Part shown: piece after piece, positions 1 to 12,594 of the stretch
Layout of the letters: the number at the start of each line of letters is the position of its first letter
Position numbering within the stretch: position 1 is the first letter of the stretch
Source of the DNA: Macrostomum lignano
Lineage: Eukaryota
DNA: 29,745 bases
Direction of reading: 5' to 3'
Assembly: GCA_002269645.1 (NCBI GenBank)
Contig: NIVC01003270.1
Location: 1-29,745 of the forward strand
Translations under genes and position numbers: made by a program
Notes under the pieces: model-generated
Told to the model about the DNA's origin: nothing
The model's input: only the letters and a program-made list of their open reading frames with translations
Databases searched by the model: none

Positions 1-412
1 GAACCAAGAGCTTGACACGATCATAATAATTACTGCTGTAGCCAAAACTATATATGCAGCCACTACAAGCGCAAGTGCTTCTTAATTGCTCATCCTGCAG
101 CGACTATACGATCACTAGAACGATAAAACTTGCTGAAGCAGTCTCATATATAGCAATCAGTTTGCACTAATTTTATATGTAGATAGTACATAGTAATGGC
201 ACACCTTGTTGAAAAAATGGTTGTCTGCCTTGAAAAAGTAAATTAAAAAAATTAGATTTAGCCAAAGCCGCGAATGGTATTTTTATTCTTAAAGGAGTAT
301 ACATTTCTAAATGTTCCCGTGCATCCATTCAAAAGTGAAATTGTTTGGAACAGTGGCCTTCAAAACATTTTCCATTAGATTTTGAGTGTTGGTCCTTCTC
401 TTTAGTAGTCGG

Positions 413-499
413 ACATATAAATACGACTAAGGTGTCCATACTGTTAAATAAAAACCACATATAAATACGACTAAGTGTCCATACTGTTAAATAAAAACC
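413..499. repeat. Two-copy 44-bp tandem duplication
   Basis: ACATATAAATACGACTAAGGTGTCCATACTGTTAAATAAAAACC occurs twice; the second copy lacks one G. Confidence 0.9.
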
Positions 500-1399
500 A
501 ATATAAAAATTAGATAATTTTAATGGTAGTTAGGGCTGGAAGAATAAAACGGAAAACCACCTGTTGAACATTTTGTGAGGCATTGGCTTCCGGAAGATAG
601 TGTTGATTCGAGTTAGTTTTCTTAATATATTTAAATAACAATTTATTTTATTTTAAATAATTTTACCTCTCAATACTATATATTAGTAAATCAATATTTA
701 AAAAAGAGTTTACATTTTGTTAAAAAAAGTAAAAAAAATTAACAGTAGAATTTTACCAAAATTCTACGATTTTGTTTTAAAATTTCACATCGTTGCTGCT
801 CAGTGCTCGTCCTAGACATAGACACTTACTTCTATTGTTGTGCACTTGTTAGTGACAGTATGTTCATGCCCAGGGGCTAGGGCATCGTCCCTGTGTGCAC
901 TCTAGAGGCACTATTGTTATGGTTGGGTGCCTATCTGTTAGCATGTTTAGTTTAGGTTAGCCTAGTATAAATTGAATATATATACACTATACAGTAACAG
1001 TAGTACAGTACTATGTTATATAGTCCTGTTTAATAACAATCAATATTATTTAACACCCAGTCGTAAGTATCATTTTTGACCATTTCACCTAACTCAAGCA
1101 AGGTGCATGCTGTATGATCATTTTGCCTGTGTTAGTTTGAAATATCTATCTAGCTAGCTAGACCTAATTAGGTCTAGTTAATTTTTAATGCCTTTTCCAG
1201 AATGCAGTATGCCAAAATTAGGTTAGGCCTTTATTTGGAACATTAATTTAGTGAAGTCACTTTAATGAACATTGAACAAAATTTCAGCAGATTCATTTTA
1301 GGCCATATTCCTGAAGATGATATTTTGGAAGGAAATTCTTAGCAAATTGGCAGTTTTTATCTCAAAGGCCAGATAAAAAATCCAGCTAATGGCTACAGG

Positions 1400-1864
1400 G
1401 GCAGATGCAAGTGGAAAAGAGAATGAATAGACAATAAAAGAAAGAGAGTTGAGAGAAAGGATAAGAGAATAGATAAAATAGGCTTGTATAGGAGGAGACA
1501 GGAGGGTAAGGAGAGAAAGAGAAGGCAGAGAAAAGGAAAAGGGAAAGAGGAGTGCGAGGATAATAGAGGGGAAAAGATGCAAATAAGAGAGAGAAGAAGA
1601 GAGAGGAGAGATAAGATGAAAGAAAGAAGAGATAAAAGAAAAGAGATGAGAAAGATAAGAGAGCCCAGAGTGGATACAGGAAAGAGTAGAAAAAAAATAT
1701 AGATGAGCAAGAGAAGAGAGTAGATAGGATAGGAGAATGGGAAGAAAAGAAAAAAGATAAAAGGAGAGAGAGAGAAGAGAGGAAACAGAAAAAAGATAGA
1801 AGTTTCAGAGTACCCAAATGACATAGTGATGCAGAGGCAAGAGGCCAGAGTTTGCCTATACATG
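1400..1864 (-). mobile_element. GA-rich low-complexity tract ending in a degenerate end of the same MITE family
   Basis: GAAGTTTCAGAGTACCC (1799-1815) matches 17711-17727 at 15 of 17 positions. GTTTGCCTATACATG (1850-1864) resembles the TIR. Confidence 0.4.
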
Positions 1865-2787
1865 CCTTAGACAGACATTGCCTATCATTGTTACATTACC
1901 AAATTAAATCTCCTTTATTTTGGGATCAGTCAAATAGTCTCCTTTATTTTACTTTCTCAAAATGCGCTGGCACCCTGGAAAAAATAACTTCCGGTTAAGT
2001 AACTTCCTATTCCAAAGAAAGTAACTTCTAGCACTTGTTCTGGTCTATACTTAGGAAGGTGTCACATGTGTGCAGGAATATATTTCAATATATTTTTGGA
2101 ATGTGCACTGTGGGTAAAACAAAATATGAATTTGTGCACCAAGGTTAACATTTGTTTACTGACAAATACATAGCTAGAGTACTAATGCATTGTAGCACTA
2201 AAAACTTGGTAAAAGTCGAATTAAAACAAAACTAAAAAAACAGATAAATTTTTGTACCTTGGTAGGCTTTTTTTTAACTCAAACATTTTGCTTTATTTTA
2301 GCTCACGTAGAAAATTATCAAAAGAATTAGCTTGAACTTTATAGTAATATCTAATTTTGAATTTTATAATTCATTTTACTTACCAAGAAACAATTTTTTA
2401 ATTAATATGCTTAGAAAAAGTGTAATCTTCAACCATATTTTATGTACTGCATATGCAGATTATAAATTTAGGTGACTCATTGTCACTTGTCAGCTAAATT
2501 TTTCTTATCAGGTTTTGCTATGTGCCACTGTGCGCTAAAAATTTCTACTAAGCCTTTGTTGTGCACCATGTGCGCCACTTTGTATACATTTTTCGTTGAT
2601 ATGTGCCATAATTTTCTACTATAATGTATACCTTCTTGAGTGTGGGTTTTGGTATCAGTACTTTGATAAGTGACGGACTGAATGTAGATTTTTGCAAGTT
2701 TCCGAAACCGAATCCTAATGTACAAAAAAATTCCAAATCCGAATCCAAATATCAAAATGTGTTTCCAAATGCAGACAAAAGTAAAAG

Positions 2788-2849
2788 GTACACGGCGGGA
2801 GTAACTATGACATCTTGTAGTGACAAAAATGTTTTGTCATCTAATTAGT
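2788..2849 (+). other. Degenerate 62-bp 28S rRNA fragment (H69-H71, R2 target region), copy 1
   Basis: GTACACGGCGGGAGTAACTATGAC-15 nt-AAATGTTTTGTCATCTAATTAGT is collinear with the recalled conserved 28S sequence GTAAACGGCGGGAGTAACTATGAC TCTCTTAAGGTAGCC AAATGCCTCGTCATCTAATTAGT. Confidence 0.8.
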
Positions 2850-4249
2850 AATCGTATTAGTAAGCACTGTACATTAATTTATTGACAAGATTCAATCTAA
2901 TCTAGGGCTTATACTATATCTATCTAGTATCTGTATTGAGTGAAACTTAGAATTGTACTCAATTCTTATGTATCTAATCTAACTAATTCCAATTACTAAT
3001 ACTAACTGACATTGCGTTTGTGCAATTTGAAAACTTTACTGTGTATAGTGCATAAAGTCCATTGCATTTGCATTTTGAAAAAAAGTGATGATTACACTTA
3101 AACAATGATTACTGCAATTAAATGTTTCTGCAACTTTAGGTTGAATGCCTCAAAGGTTCCAAAGTTAAGTAACTTTACTTATTAACACTTTTTAATAATA
3201 TACATTATTGCAAAACAGACAATTGTAAAAATGAACAATATTACATTAAATTTTGCGTTCTCATTTTTTAATTGGCTTTCTTTTCAAAAAGTTGTATTTT
3301 TTTATGTTAGCATAATTTTGTTTTGGTTTTTTTTTTCATATTCGGAAGCACATTTGGAAATTTGGAAAATAAAATTTCCAAATACAAAACATTTGAATTT
3401 CTAAAAAGTATTTAAATATGTCTTCATGAGGAAAAACAAAAACATGTATTTGTCTAGAGTTAAATATAATGTTATTTCTCAAATAAAGATGCTATATATT
3501 GTTTTTTGTTATTATTGCATCCAAAATTTAAATGAATAAATAACACCTTTAAAACAAAGATTAGCAGTACATAAGGATGATTCACATAAAAATTTGGAGG
3601 CTAATTTTCGAACATTGATTCTGACTCTAGAAGTATATATGGAAATAGATGTGTCACAATGATCAGCTTGTAGAATACTGTACTTCAGGTGACTCTTAGT
3701 TTGTATGGGCCATTCTCTTGTCACCCTACTATATATAGTATTGTGCTGTAGCTCTACAGCAGCTATATTTTTATAGTTGGTGTAATTAGTATACTTTTGT
3801 TTTGTTGACTCATTTAGAATCAATAATCATATTCTGGCAGCCTTAGAAATGCCAGTTAACAATTAACAAAAAAGATACCAAGATAACAAATGGCTGGAAT
3901 TTGATAGATAGACCAATGTGTAACACTTTAACATAACTTGATTATAGTGCCTTGTGCTGCAATTAGAAAATGAATATTAGCCTCAAATGAGTTAAAACTC
4001 AAAACCTTCAAGAATATATCACTTGTGTTGTCTTGCATGAACATCAAAATGAAGAAATTGGCCTTCAAAAAATGTTCCAGGAATCACAAGTGTAGCATCA
4101 TGATGTACTGCTAGTTATGCTTGTTAGAAAACATGCAAGGAGTTGTTAAACAAGGATGTTTATTGTGTTGAATTTGAATTTTTCTTGTTTCAGTATTAGT
4201 AATTACCAATTTAATTACTTCATTCTATGATTCTATATGATGCTTAAAA

Positions 4250-4506
4250 CATACATGCGCAACCCCCCTGATTTACACTGGCCATGCAACTTACTTTTTG
4301 ACCAAAATGCGACTTACCTTTAAAAGAAACCCGATTAGGTAAACGGCAAGAGTAACTATAACTGTCTTATAAGGGCTAAATGCCTCGTCATCTAATTAGT
4401 ACTACGTCTGTATTCTTTAGGCTGGGCTTTTTTGCGACTTACCCTTGGTCCACCACAATTTATGGTGGCCAGATCAGCCAGGTCGGCCAGCAGTTGCGCA
4501 TGTATG
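4250..4506. mobile_element. MITE of about 255 bp with perfect TIRs and a TSD, containing 28S fragment copy 2
   Basis: CATACATGCGCAAC (4250-4263) and GTTGCGCATGTATG (4493-4506) are a perfect inverted pair. The flanking direct repeat (ATG)CTTAAAA(CAT) lies at 4240-4252 and 4504-4516, so the TSD is 7-13 bp depending on the boundary. Confidence 0.75.
4339..4400 (+). other. Degenerate 62-bp 28S rRNA fragment (H69-H71, R2 target region), copy 2
   Basis: GTAAACGGCAAGAGTAACTATAAC TGTCTTATAAGGGCT AAATGCCTCGTCATCTAATTAGT. The last 23 nt are identical to the recalled 28S consensus. Confidence 0.88.
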
Positions 4507-6183
4507 CTTAAAACATGCTTTAACTTAAAAAATGTAAAAACCACATGATCTAGGATAATCTTTTTTTTACCTTTTTATAATTGTACTACAAGTGTTTTGG
4601 AAGAGGTTTTGTGCTTTTGGGAAATATTTAGTGCTAAATTGACTGTTTGGCACCTAAAATTTCATGTTCAAGTACTGGAGGACTGGACTTTATCAAAAAG
4701 TAACTTCCATTACCAAAGTCCAGCATTTAAAAAAAAGAACCAGAAAAAAGTGCCGCTTTAAAAAAATTACTTCTGGTACTAAAAGTGCTAGAAGTGCCGG
4801 AACTTTGCCCAACACTGCGAATGTCCAACCCACTTTTGCACTGGATTTTTTGGGAAAAAAGCCATTTTCCTGACTATGGGTTGCATAAAGTTCAAGTAGC
4901 TAAATTCTTTAAAATAAAATTATCACATTCAATCAGTATTATTATTATTTTCATTTGCACTCCTATTATCTCTTAATTACAACTTTTTTCTTTAAAATGT
5001 TCTACCTTTTGTTATAAAAACTAGAATATATATTTACTTATTTTCAAAGAACTTTGCATGCCAAATAAACACATCAATAAACTAAAGGGCTAATATTGCA
5101 TGCTAGAACTTTTAAGCAAAAAGGCCATTTTCCTTAACATGGTCCTATAGATGTGATAGTATAGTCAATCAAGATCATGGTATATCTGTGCCAGAGCAAA
5201 TTCTGTCAAAAAACTGATTGCAATGTGCAGTTGAACTATTTGGAATAGTATTGCTATCAAATAAGTCTGCTTGTGCCGTGTGCTAGAACTTTTATGAAAA
5301 AAAACACAAAACAAAAATCTGTATTTTCCATTTAAAAAATGCTAGTAAAACTTATATTTAAATCTTTTTCATAGAATATTAAGATTTTAATTAAAAAAGC
5401 TATCAGTATACTAGTAAACAAAAATATGCTAAGTTTCCATCTACAAAAATACTATCTTTCTAAAAGTTTTTGTCTTATACCAATTTGTGTCAAAGTTTTG
5501 ACTTATATCATACTCATACTATTCTAGATTTCCCCCTTTTGCCTGCTATTGAACTGGAATGCAATGGCATGGTATATGTCTAACCCTCTTTTGTGTCAGA
5601 ATTTTGTTCCTAAAAGGCTATATTCTTGACTATGGATGCTATGCTCTATTCAGTCTATGTTAATTCAGTTTGTCTATTCTATTGTTTATTCAGTAGATGT
5701 ATATTCAGTTTAGTTAATGCCATATTCTAAGTCAAAGCCACTTTTCTCTATGATTAAGGCATGGGCAATCTTCAAGAATTGTTAGCTAAACTTAAATTTG
5801 TGCTATTTAAGGCTAGAGTTTAATGAAAAATTTTGAAAAATGTCTTTCTTATTTTAAGCATAAGACTTTTAAAACACAAGAATAAGGTTTTCTTAATATA
5901 ATTTTTACTTTTGTCATTGTTGCTTCAGTGATTTTTCAGCAATCTTGTTGGCATATGCTGCTAGCTTGATAAAAGATTGGCTGGCTATTGTATTTGGCCA
6001 GGTATAAAATTCTTATTTTTTTCTAAAATTAACTAAAGTAGCTAAAGTAAGCTGCAAAAATGCCTAGCCAAAAACAAATATAATACTAATCAGATGACAC
6101 AGCATTTAGACTTGACAATATAATATGACAATATAGCAATTCAATCTAATTTTCATGCTGAATTGCTACATAGAATTTTGAGC

Positions 6184-6405
6184 ATGTTCTCAGACGAAAG
6201 TCAAGCCGTTATTGATTGCCCCTCGGCCTGGCGCGTCGAGGTAAAAACCAAGGACCGCGAGACCGAGACACCCGCCATCACCCGCTACCAGCGCGGCCTG
6301 CAGACCACCCGGCGCAAAGAGGTCGAGTGCCAGACTGACAGCTTCATGTACGTGCAGGAGGAGCTCAGTGTTGATTCCAGCGAGCTGGATCCGGAGGTTA
6401 TCAAG
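6184..6405 (+). CDS. DYNC2I2: WDR34/DYNC2I2 (dynein-2 intermediate chain) exon 1; model join(6184..6405,6856..7176,7674..7925,10513..11514), about 598 aa
   Basis: ATG at 6184 (MFSDESQAVIDCPSAWR...TQTTRRKEVECQTD), resembling the WDR34 N-terminus with its QT light-chain-binding motifs. Phase-0 donor AAG|GTGTGT at 6405/6406. Confidence 0.85.
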
Positions 6406-6469
6406 GTGTGTCTGAGTTTTATTGGTTTTATAAACTAATAAGTTATTTAACAAATAAGTTAAATGAGCA

Positions 6470-6753
6470 GTGGGTTACCTGCCTGAGTATGTAAATTCCC
6501 CATCTGAGCAATGAGCTACCTGAGTAAATTCCCCACCTGAGTAATGGGCTACCTGAGTAAATTCCCATCTGAGCAATGGGCTACCTGAGTAAATTCCGCA
6601 CCCAATGGGCATTCCCCACCTGAGCAATGGCTACCTGAGTAAATTCCCCACCTGAGCAATGGCTACCTGAGTAAATTCCCCACCTGAGTAATGAGCTACC
6701 TGAGTAAATTTCCCGCCTGAGTAATGGGCTACCTGAGTAAATTCCCCACCTGA
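6470..6753. repeat. About 33-bp minisatellite (about 8 copies) in WDR34 intron 1
   Basis: Unit approximately GGGCTACCTGAGTAAATTCCCCACCTGAGCAAT, built from two ACCTGAG half-units. Confidence 0.9.
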
Positions 6754-6855
6754 AAAGCTGAATTCAAGCAGCCGCTATCAGCCCTAAACTCTTCAAGCTT
6801 CCGATGGCAAGCAGAGAAGCATTTCCAACCCCACCCGTTATTCTCACTGATGCAG

Positions 6856-7176
6856 GCGCTGCGTCGGCTCGAGCCTTTGATGTGCCGGGAGCTCGAGCGC
6901 GCCTCGCGCAGCACCGCCTTCTCCGCTCTCTCCGGCCGCTACGGCGCACGCGGACCCGGTGGCGGCGCCGGCACCAACTCCGACACGGCGCCGCTTCGAC
7001 TCTCCGTCGTAGCCGGCGCTGGCAGTCCCGAGCTCGATTCCATGCCAGTAGCCGCACTGAGCTGGAGCGCCACCGGCGCGTTTGTGGCCGCTGCGCTGGG
7101 CCGGTCCGACCACCAGGACTGGTGCCTGCACAGGGGCGCCGTCTGCGTGTGGAATGCCTCCTCTGCGCGGGGACAG
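6856..7176 (+). CDS. DYNC2I2: WDR34/DYNC2I2 exon 2
   Basis: Acceptor cactgatgcag|[17 protein letters not shown]...[36 protein letters not shown] matches recalled human WDR34 (FLRRVEAMVIRELN...[36 protein letters not shown]). Donor CAG|GTGGGT, phase 0. Confidence 0.92.
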
Positions 7177-7179
7177 GTG

Positions 7180-7612
7180 GGTCTGTGTCTGCCTGTCTGT
7201 CTGTCTGTCTGTCTGTCTGTGACTGTCTGTGTCTGTCTGCTGTCTGTCTGCCTGTCTGTCTGTCTGCCTGTGACTGTCTGTGTCTGCTGTCTGTCTGTCT
7301 GCCTGTCTGTCTGTCTGTGTCTGCCTGTCTGTCTGCCTGTCTGTCTGTCTGTGACTGTCTGTGTCTGTCTGTCTGTCCGCCTGTCTGTCTTTCTGTGACT
7401 GTCTGTGTCTGCCTGTCTGTCTGCTGTCTGTCTGTCTGTGACTGTGTCTGTCTGCCTGTCTGTCTGTGACTGTCTGTCTGTGACTGTCTGTCTGTGACTG
7501 TCTGTCTGTGTCTGCCTGTCTGTCTGTCTGTGACTGTCTGTGTCTGCCTGTCTGTCTGACTGTCTGTGACTGTCTGTGTCTGCCTGCCTGTCTGTCTGTG
7601 TCTTTCTGTCTG
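7180..7612. repeat. Imperfect (GTCT)n microsatellite in WDR34 intron 2
   Basis: CTGT repeats with recurring CTGTGACTGT and CTGCCTGT variants. Confidence 0.95.
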
Positions 7613-7673
7613 TGCTCCCAAACAGACCGCATTTATCCACAATCAGTGCACCTGAACATGTCACTCATTGCAG

Positions 7674-7925
7674 CAGGACCGCCAGCAGCAGCAGCAGAAG
7701 CCGCATGCAGTTCTCGAGACGTCCAGCTGCGTTACCTCAGTGCAATACCACCCCAGCAACGCCTCCCTGCTGGCGGGCGGCAGCTTCACAGGCGAGCTGC
7801 TGGTGTGGAATGTGTCAGTGGGGGAGGAGGCCGAGCAGCTGCTTGTCAGCTCGCTGAAACAGCAGGCGGTCGCTGCTGACTCAGAGGGCGGACTGGAGAT
7901 TGCTCACCAAGAGCCCATTGTTGAG
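7674..7925 (+). CDS. DYNC2I2: WDR34/DYNC2I2 exon 3
   Basis: Tandem in-frame acceptor ttgCAG|CAG| (start 7674 or 7677). KPHAVLETSSCVTSVQYHPSNASLLAGGSFTGELLVWNV...HQEPIVE is a WD40 repeat. Donor GAG|GTAAGT, phase 0. Confidence 0.92.
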
Positions 7926-8420
7926 GTAAGTTGAGTTGGTTGCACAGACCAATTATCTGTTTATCTAGGCTTTGGCTTTGATTGTCTGTATTTGCGGGAT
8001 CATTATCAGCCATCGGTGAGGCAAACTGCAAGCAGCCATGGGTATCCGCACTCGGATACGCACGCAGGCACGCGCTGACTAGTGGTGTATAACTGCCTTA
8101 GCCTTATTATCGTTGGGTCCCGATACCAAGAGAAAAATCGCTGAAAAGTCGTTACAAACAACTTTCTGGTGACTCTAGCGAGTTCGAAATGACTTTCGAA
8201 CGACTCAAACGTGTCTAATGCGACAAAGAGGCGACTGTTGCGACACAAACGTCCAAGAGTCGTTTAAGAATTATTGTGTTGGCCCTCAACTTTCTACTAA
8301 CTCAGTAGGCTAGTTAGTGATTCAAGCACAACTTAGTGGCTCGACAGCGACTTTAGCACGCATCAAGTACGACTTCTTGAGTCGTAGGTCGTTTTAGAGT
8401 CGCAGACATTAAAATTGCCT

Positions 8421-10350
<1,930 letters not shown>

Positions 10351-10362
10351 GTGCTACCAGTG

Positions 10363-10455
10363 TGAGCCAGTGTGACTCTTAGACAGACGCGTTACAGTTG
10401 AGCTACCTAGTTCATAGCTTATAAATACTGCGATCCTGAGTTCGAATCTCATTTT
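10363..10455 (+). other. Possible degenerate tRNA-derived (SINE head-like) sequence
   Basis: The 5' GCCAGTGTGACTC...GCGTT resembles a tRNA-Leu/Ser 5' end. B-box-like GAGTTCGAATCTC is followed by a T-run. No good A-box or cloverleaf. Confidence 0.25.
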
Positions 10456-10512
10456 TGAGCACCTCTAGCAGATCACTCTCATCGCATATTTGCCAACTAA
10501 ATTTCCAATCAG

Positions 10513-11514
10513 ATTCTGTGGATCAAAAAGTCCACCGCCGGCGGCTCCTCCAGCCGGGACCACTTGCTGACTGTCGGCGCTGACGGCCTGCTGCTGCTGT
10601 GGCTGCTGGACTCGCGCAAGGCCACGCTTGGCTTGGCCGGTGCGAACCGCCTGTCGGCCAAGTCGCTGCCGAAATCGCTGCGGGTTCGCGCCTCCGGCCG
10701 GGCTGGCGTCGTCGGCGTCACCTGCGCGCGGCTGGTCGGCGGCGGCGGCGGTCGCAGCGGCGATTCCTCCTCGACAGTGACAGTGGCGCTGGGCTGCGAA
10801 GCCGGTGCGGTGCTGGTCTGCCGGGTGAAGTCGCGGGCCTCCAAATCCAAGCCGTTTGACCCGAATTCGCCGCCGCGAGATCCCGAAGTGCTGCGCGCCA
10901 TCGACTGCGGCGGGCTCGGCATGGTGCTGGCGCTGGACTCGGTGCACCTGGCGCCAGCCATGCCCGGCGCCTCCGCTGGCCTCTTCATCGTCAGCGGCGG
11001 CTCCGGCGCCTGCTCGATGTACGCCGTTGGCGGCGAGTCCTCGTCCGCTGCGGCGCCGCCGGCCTCAGCTTCCGCCACGTCGCTGCCGCCGCTGCTCTGC
11101 CTGGAGACTGCGGCCGGAGCTGCCGGCGGCTGCGCCAGCAGCGGAGCCGCTCGGCCTGGACTGGTTGCCATAGCAACTGAGCACGCCGGGGTTCTGGTGT
11201 ACGCGCTCGGTGCAGCTGGCGGAGCCGGCGCCTCGGCTGTTGCGTCTCCCGTGGCTTCCCTGAGTGCGGCGGGCGGCGCGGACAGCGGGCAGCAGCAGGC
11301 GGTGCTGTGCACCCAGTGGAACCCGATGAATGCCAGCTGGCTGGCTGCTGGCACAGCCGATGGCCGGCTGCTGGTGTGGCAGGACGCGGATCTGGGAGCC
11401 GCTGGCAACGCTGCCACTGTTGGCGAGTTCTTTGCCAGCCTTACTGGAGCTGGCAGCAGAGGTGGCGGCGGAGGCGAGGGTCAAGCAGGTGACGAAGGAG
11501 CTGGGGATGAATGA
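10513..11514 (+). CDS. DYNC2I2: WDR34/DYNC2I2 exon 4 (terminal)
   Basis: Acceptor ttccaatcag|ATT. ILWIKK...LLTVGADGLLLLW...VLCTQWNPMNASWLAAGTADGRLLVWQD continues the WD40 repeats in phase 0. TGA at 11512-11514. Confidence 0.9.
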   Translation: MLWIKKSTAGGSSSRDHLLTVGADGLLLLWLLDSRKATLGLAGANRLSAKSLPKSLRVRASGRAGVVGVTCARLVGGGGGRSGDSSSTVTVALGCEAGAVLVCRVKSRASKSKPFDPNSPPRDPEVLRAIDCGGLGMVLALDSVHLAPAMPGASAGLFIVSGGSGACSMYAVGGESSSAAAPPASASATSLPPLLCLETAAGAAGGCASSGAARPGLVAIATEHAGVLVYALGAAGGAGASAVASPVASLSAAGGADSGQQQAVLCTQWNPMNASWLAAGTADGRLLVWQDADLGAAGNAATVGEFFASLTGAGSRGGGGGEGQAGDEGAGDE

Positions 11515-11904
11515 TCGTCTTTGGGCTTACAATGCATTGCATGTAGCCTGTTTGGCCTTTTTATTGCCTATAATCGTGAGTAGGGTGTCAGTGGGAATAG
11601 CTCGAAAACTCATTGTAACCGAAAGGTTAACCAAGATGATGGTTCCTGTTTACTGAAATCGATAAATATTTTTTCAAGCTACTTAGTAAGTAGTATATAT
11701 ATAGATGTAGATCACTGCCTTGTTCTGTTCTCTTGATCCTTGTCAGAATCTGTGCGCTTACTCCGTCCGTTTTGAACTAAAATACTTATACATACCTGTT
11801 TTGACTTTTTATATTCATGCACTTAACTTTGAATTGATTTCTAAAAGTAACTTCTGTCCTTTGATTTTTTATCGCTTCAAGCAATTTAAGTAATCAGAGT
11901 TTCA

Positions 11905-11910
11905 AATAAA
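11905..11910 (+). terminator. Candidate poly(A) signal of WDR34
   Basis: AATAAA about 390 nt after the stop, followed by a T-rich downstream element at about 11947-11972. Confidence 0.5.
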
Positions 11911-11975
11911 TAACTAACTCGACTTTATTATACGTTTTGAAGTCGATTTTTGATTGAATTATTTTTATTTGTTCT

Positions 11976-12440
11976 GCTACTGCCCCTGTCCATTAGCTAC
12001 TGTCCCTGTCCATTAGCTACTGCCCCTGTCCATTAGCTACTGCCCCTGTCCATTAGCTACTGTCCCTGTCCATTAGCTACTGTCCCTGTCCATTAGCTAC
12101 TGTCCCTGTCCATTAGCTACTGTCCCTGTCCATTAGCTACTGTCCCTGTCCATTAGCTACTGTCCCTGTCCATTAGCTACTGTCCCTGTCCATTAGCTAC
12201 TGTCCCTGTCCATTAGCTACTGTCCCTGTCCATTAGCTACTGTCCCTGTCCATTAGCTACTGTCCCTGTCCATTAGCTACTGTCCCTGTCCATTAGCTAC
12301 TGTCCCTGTCCAACAGCTACTGCCCTGTCCATTAGCTACTGTCCCTGTCCATTAGCTACTGTCCCTGTCCAACAGCTACTGTCCCTGTCCATCAGCTACT
12401 GTTCCTGTCCACCAGCTACTGTCCCTGTCCACCAGCTACT
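11976..12440. repeat. 20-bp minisatellite (about 23 copies) between WDR34 and PRPF40
   Basis: Unit TGTCCCTGTCCATTAGCTAC, with variants at both edges. Confidence 0.97.
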
Positions 12441-12594
12441 CAACCAATGCCTGTATCAGGTTTTACATTTGGGTTGAGCGCACAAATGATGTACTGATAA
12501 TCCAATTTGTCTACTTCAAGTAGAATATGAATACAGTTAATATTTTGCGCATTACTGCATGAACCCAGTCTAGCCTACGCCGACACAGCAGTCA

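Noticed and set aside
1-93. Minus-strand hydrophobic stretch MSN*EALALVVAAYIVLATAVIIMIVSSSWF
   Set aside because: It has an in-frame TAA at codon 4 and is cut by the window edge. It could be an exon of an upstream gene but cannot be supported here.
1298-1863. Hydrophobic F/L/S-rich and K/R/E-rich ORFs (also 17421-17759)
   Set aside because: They are by-products of GA/CT low-complexity tracts.
2788-4400. 28S-like segments as functional rRNA genes or snoRNA guides
   Set aside because: They are only 62 bp and the H69 stem is broken. No C/D or H/ACA boxes were seen at the expected positions on the - strand.
8030-8410. CGACT/AGTCG-rich segment with the hairpin TATCCG-cact-CGGATA in WDR34 intron 3
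   Set aside because: Probably a repeat fragment, but no TIR, TSD or RNA family could be defined.
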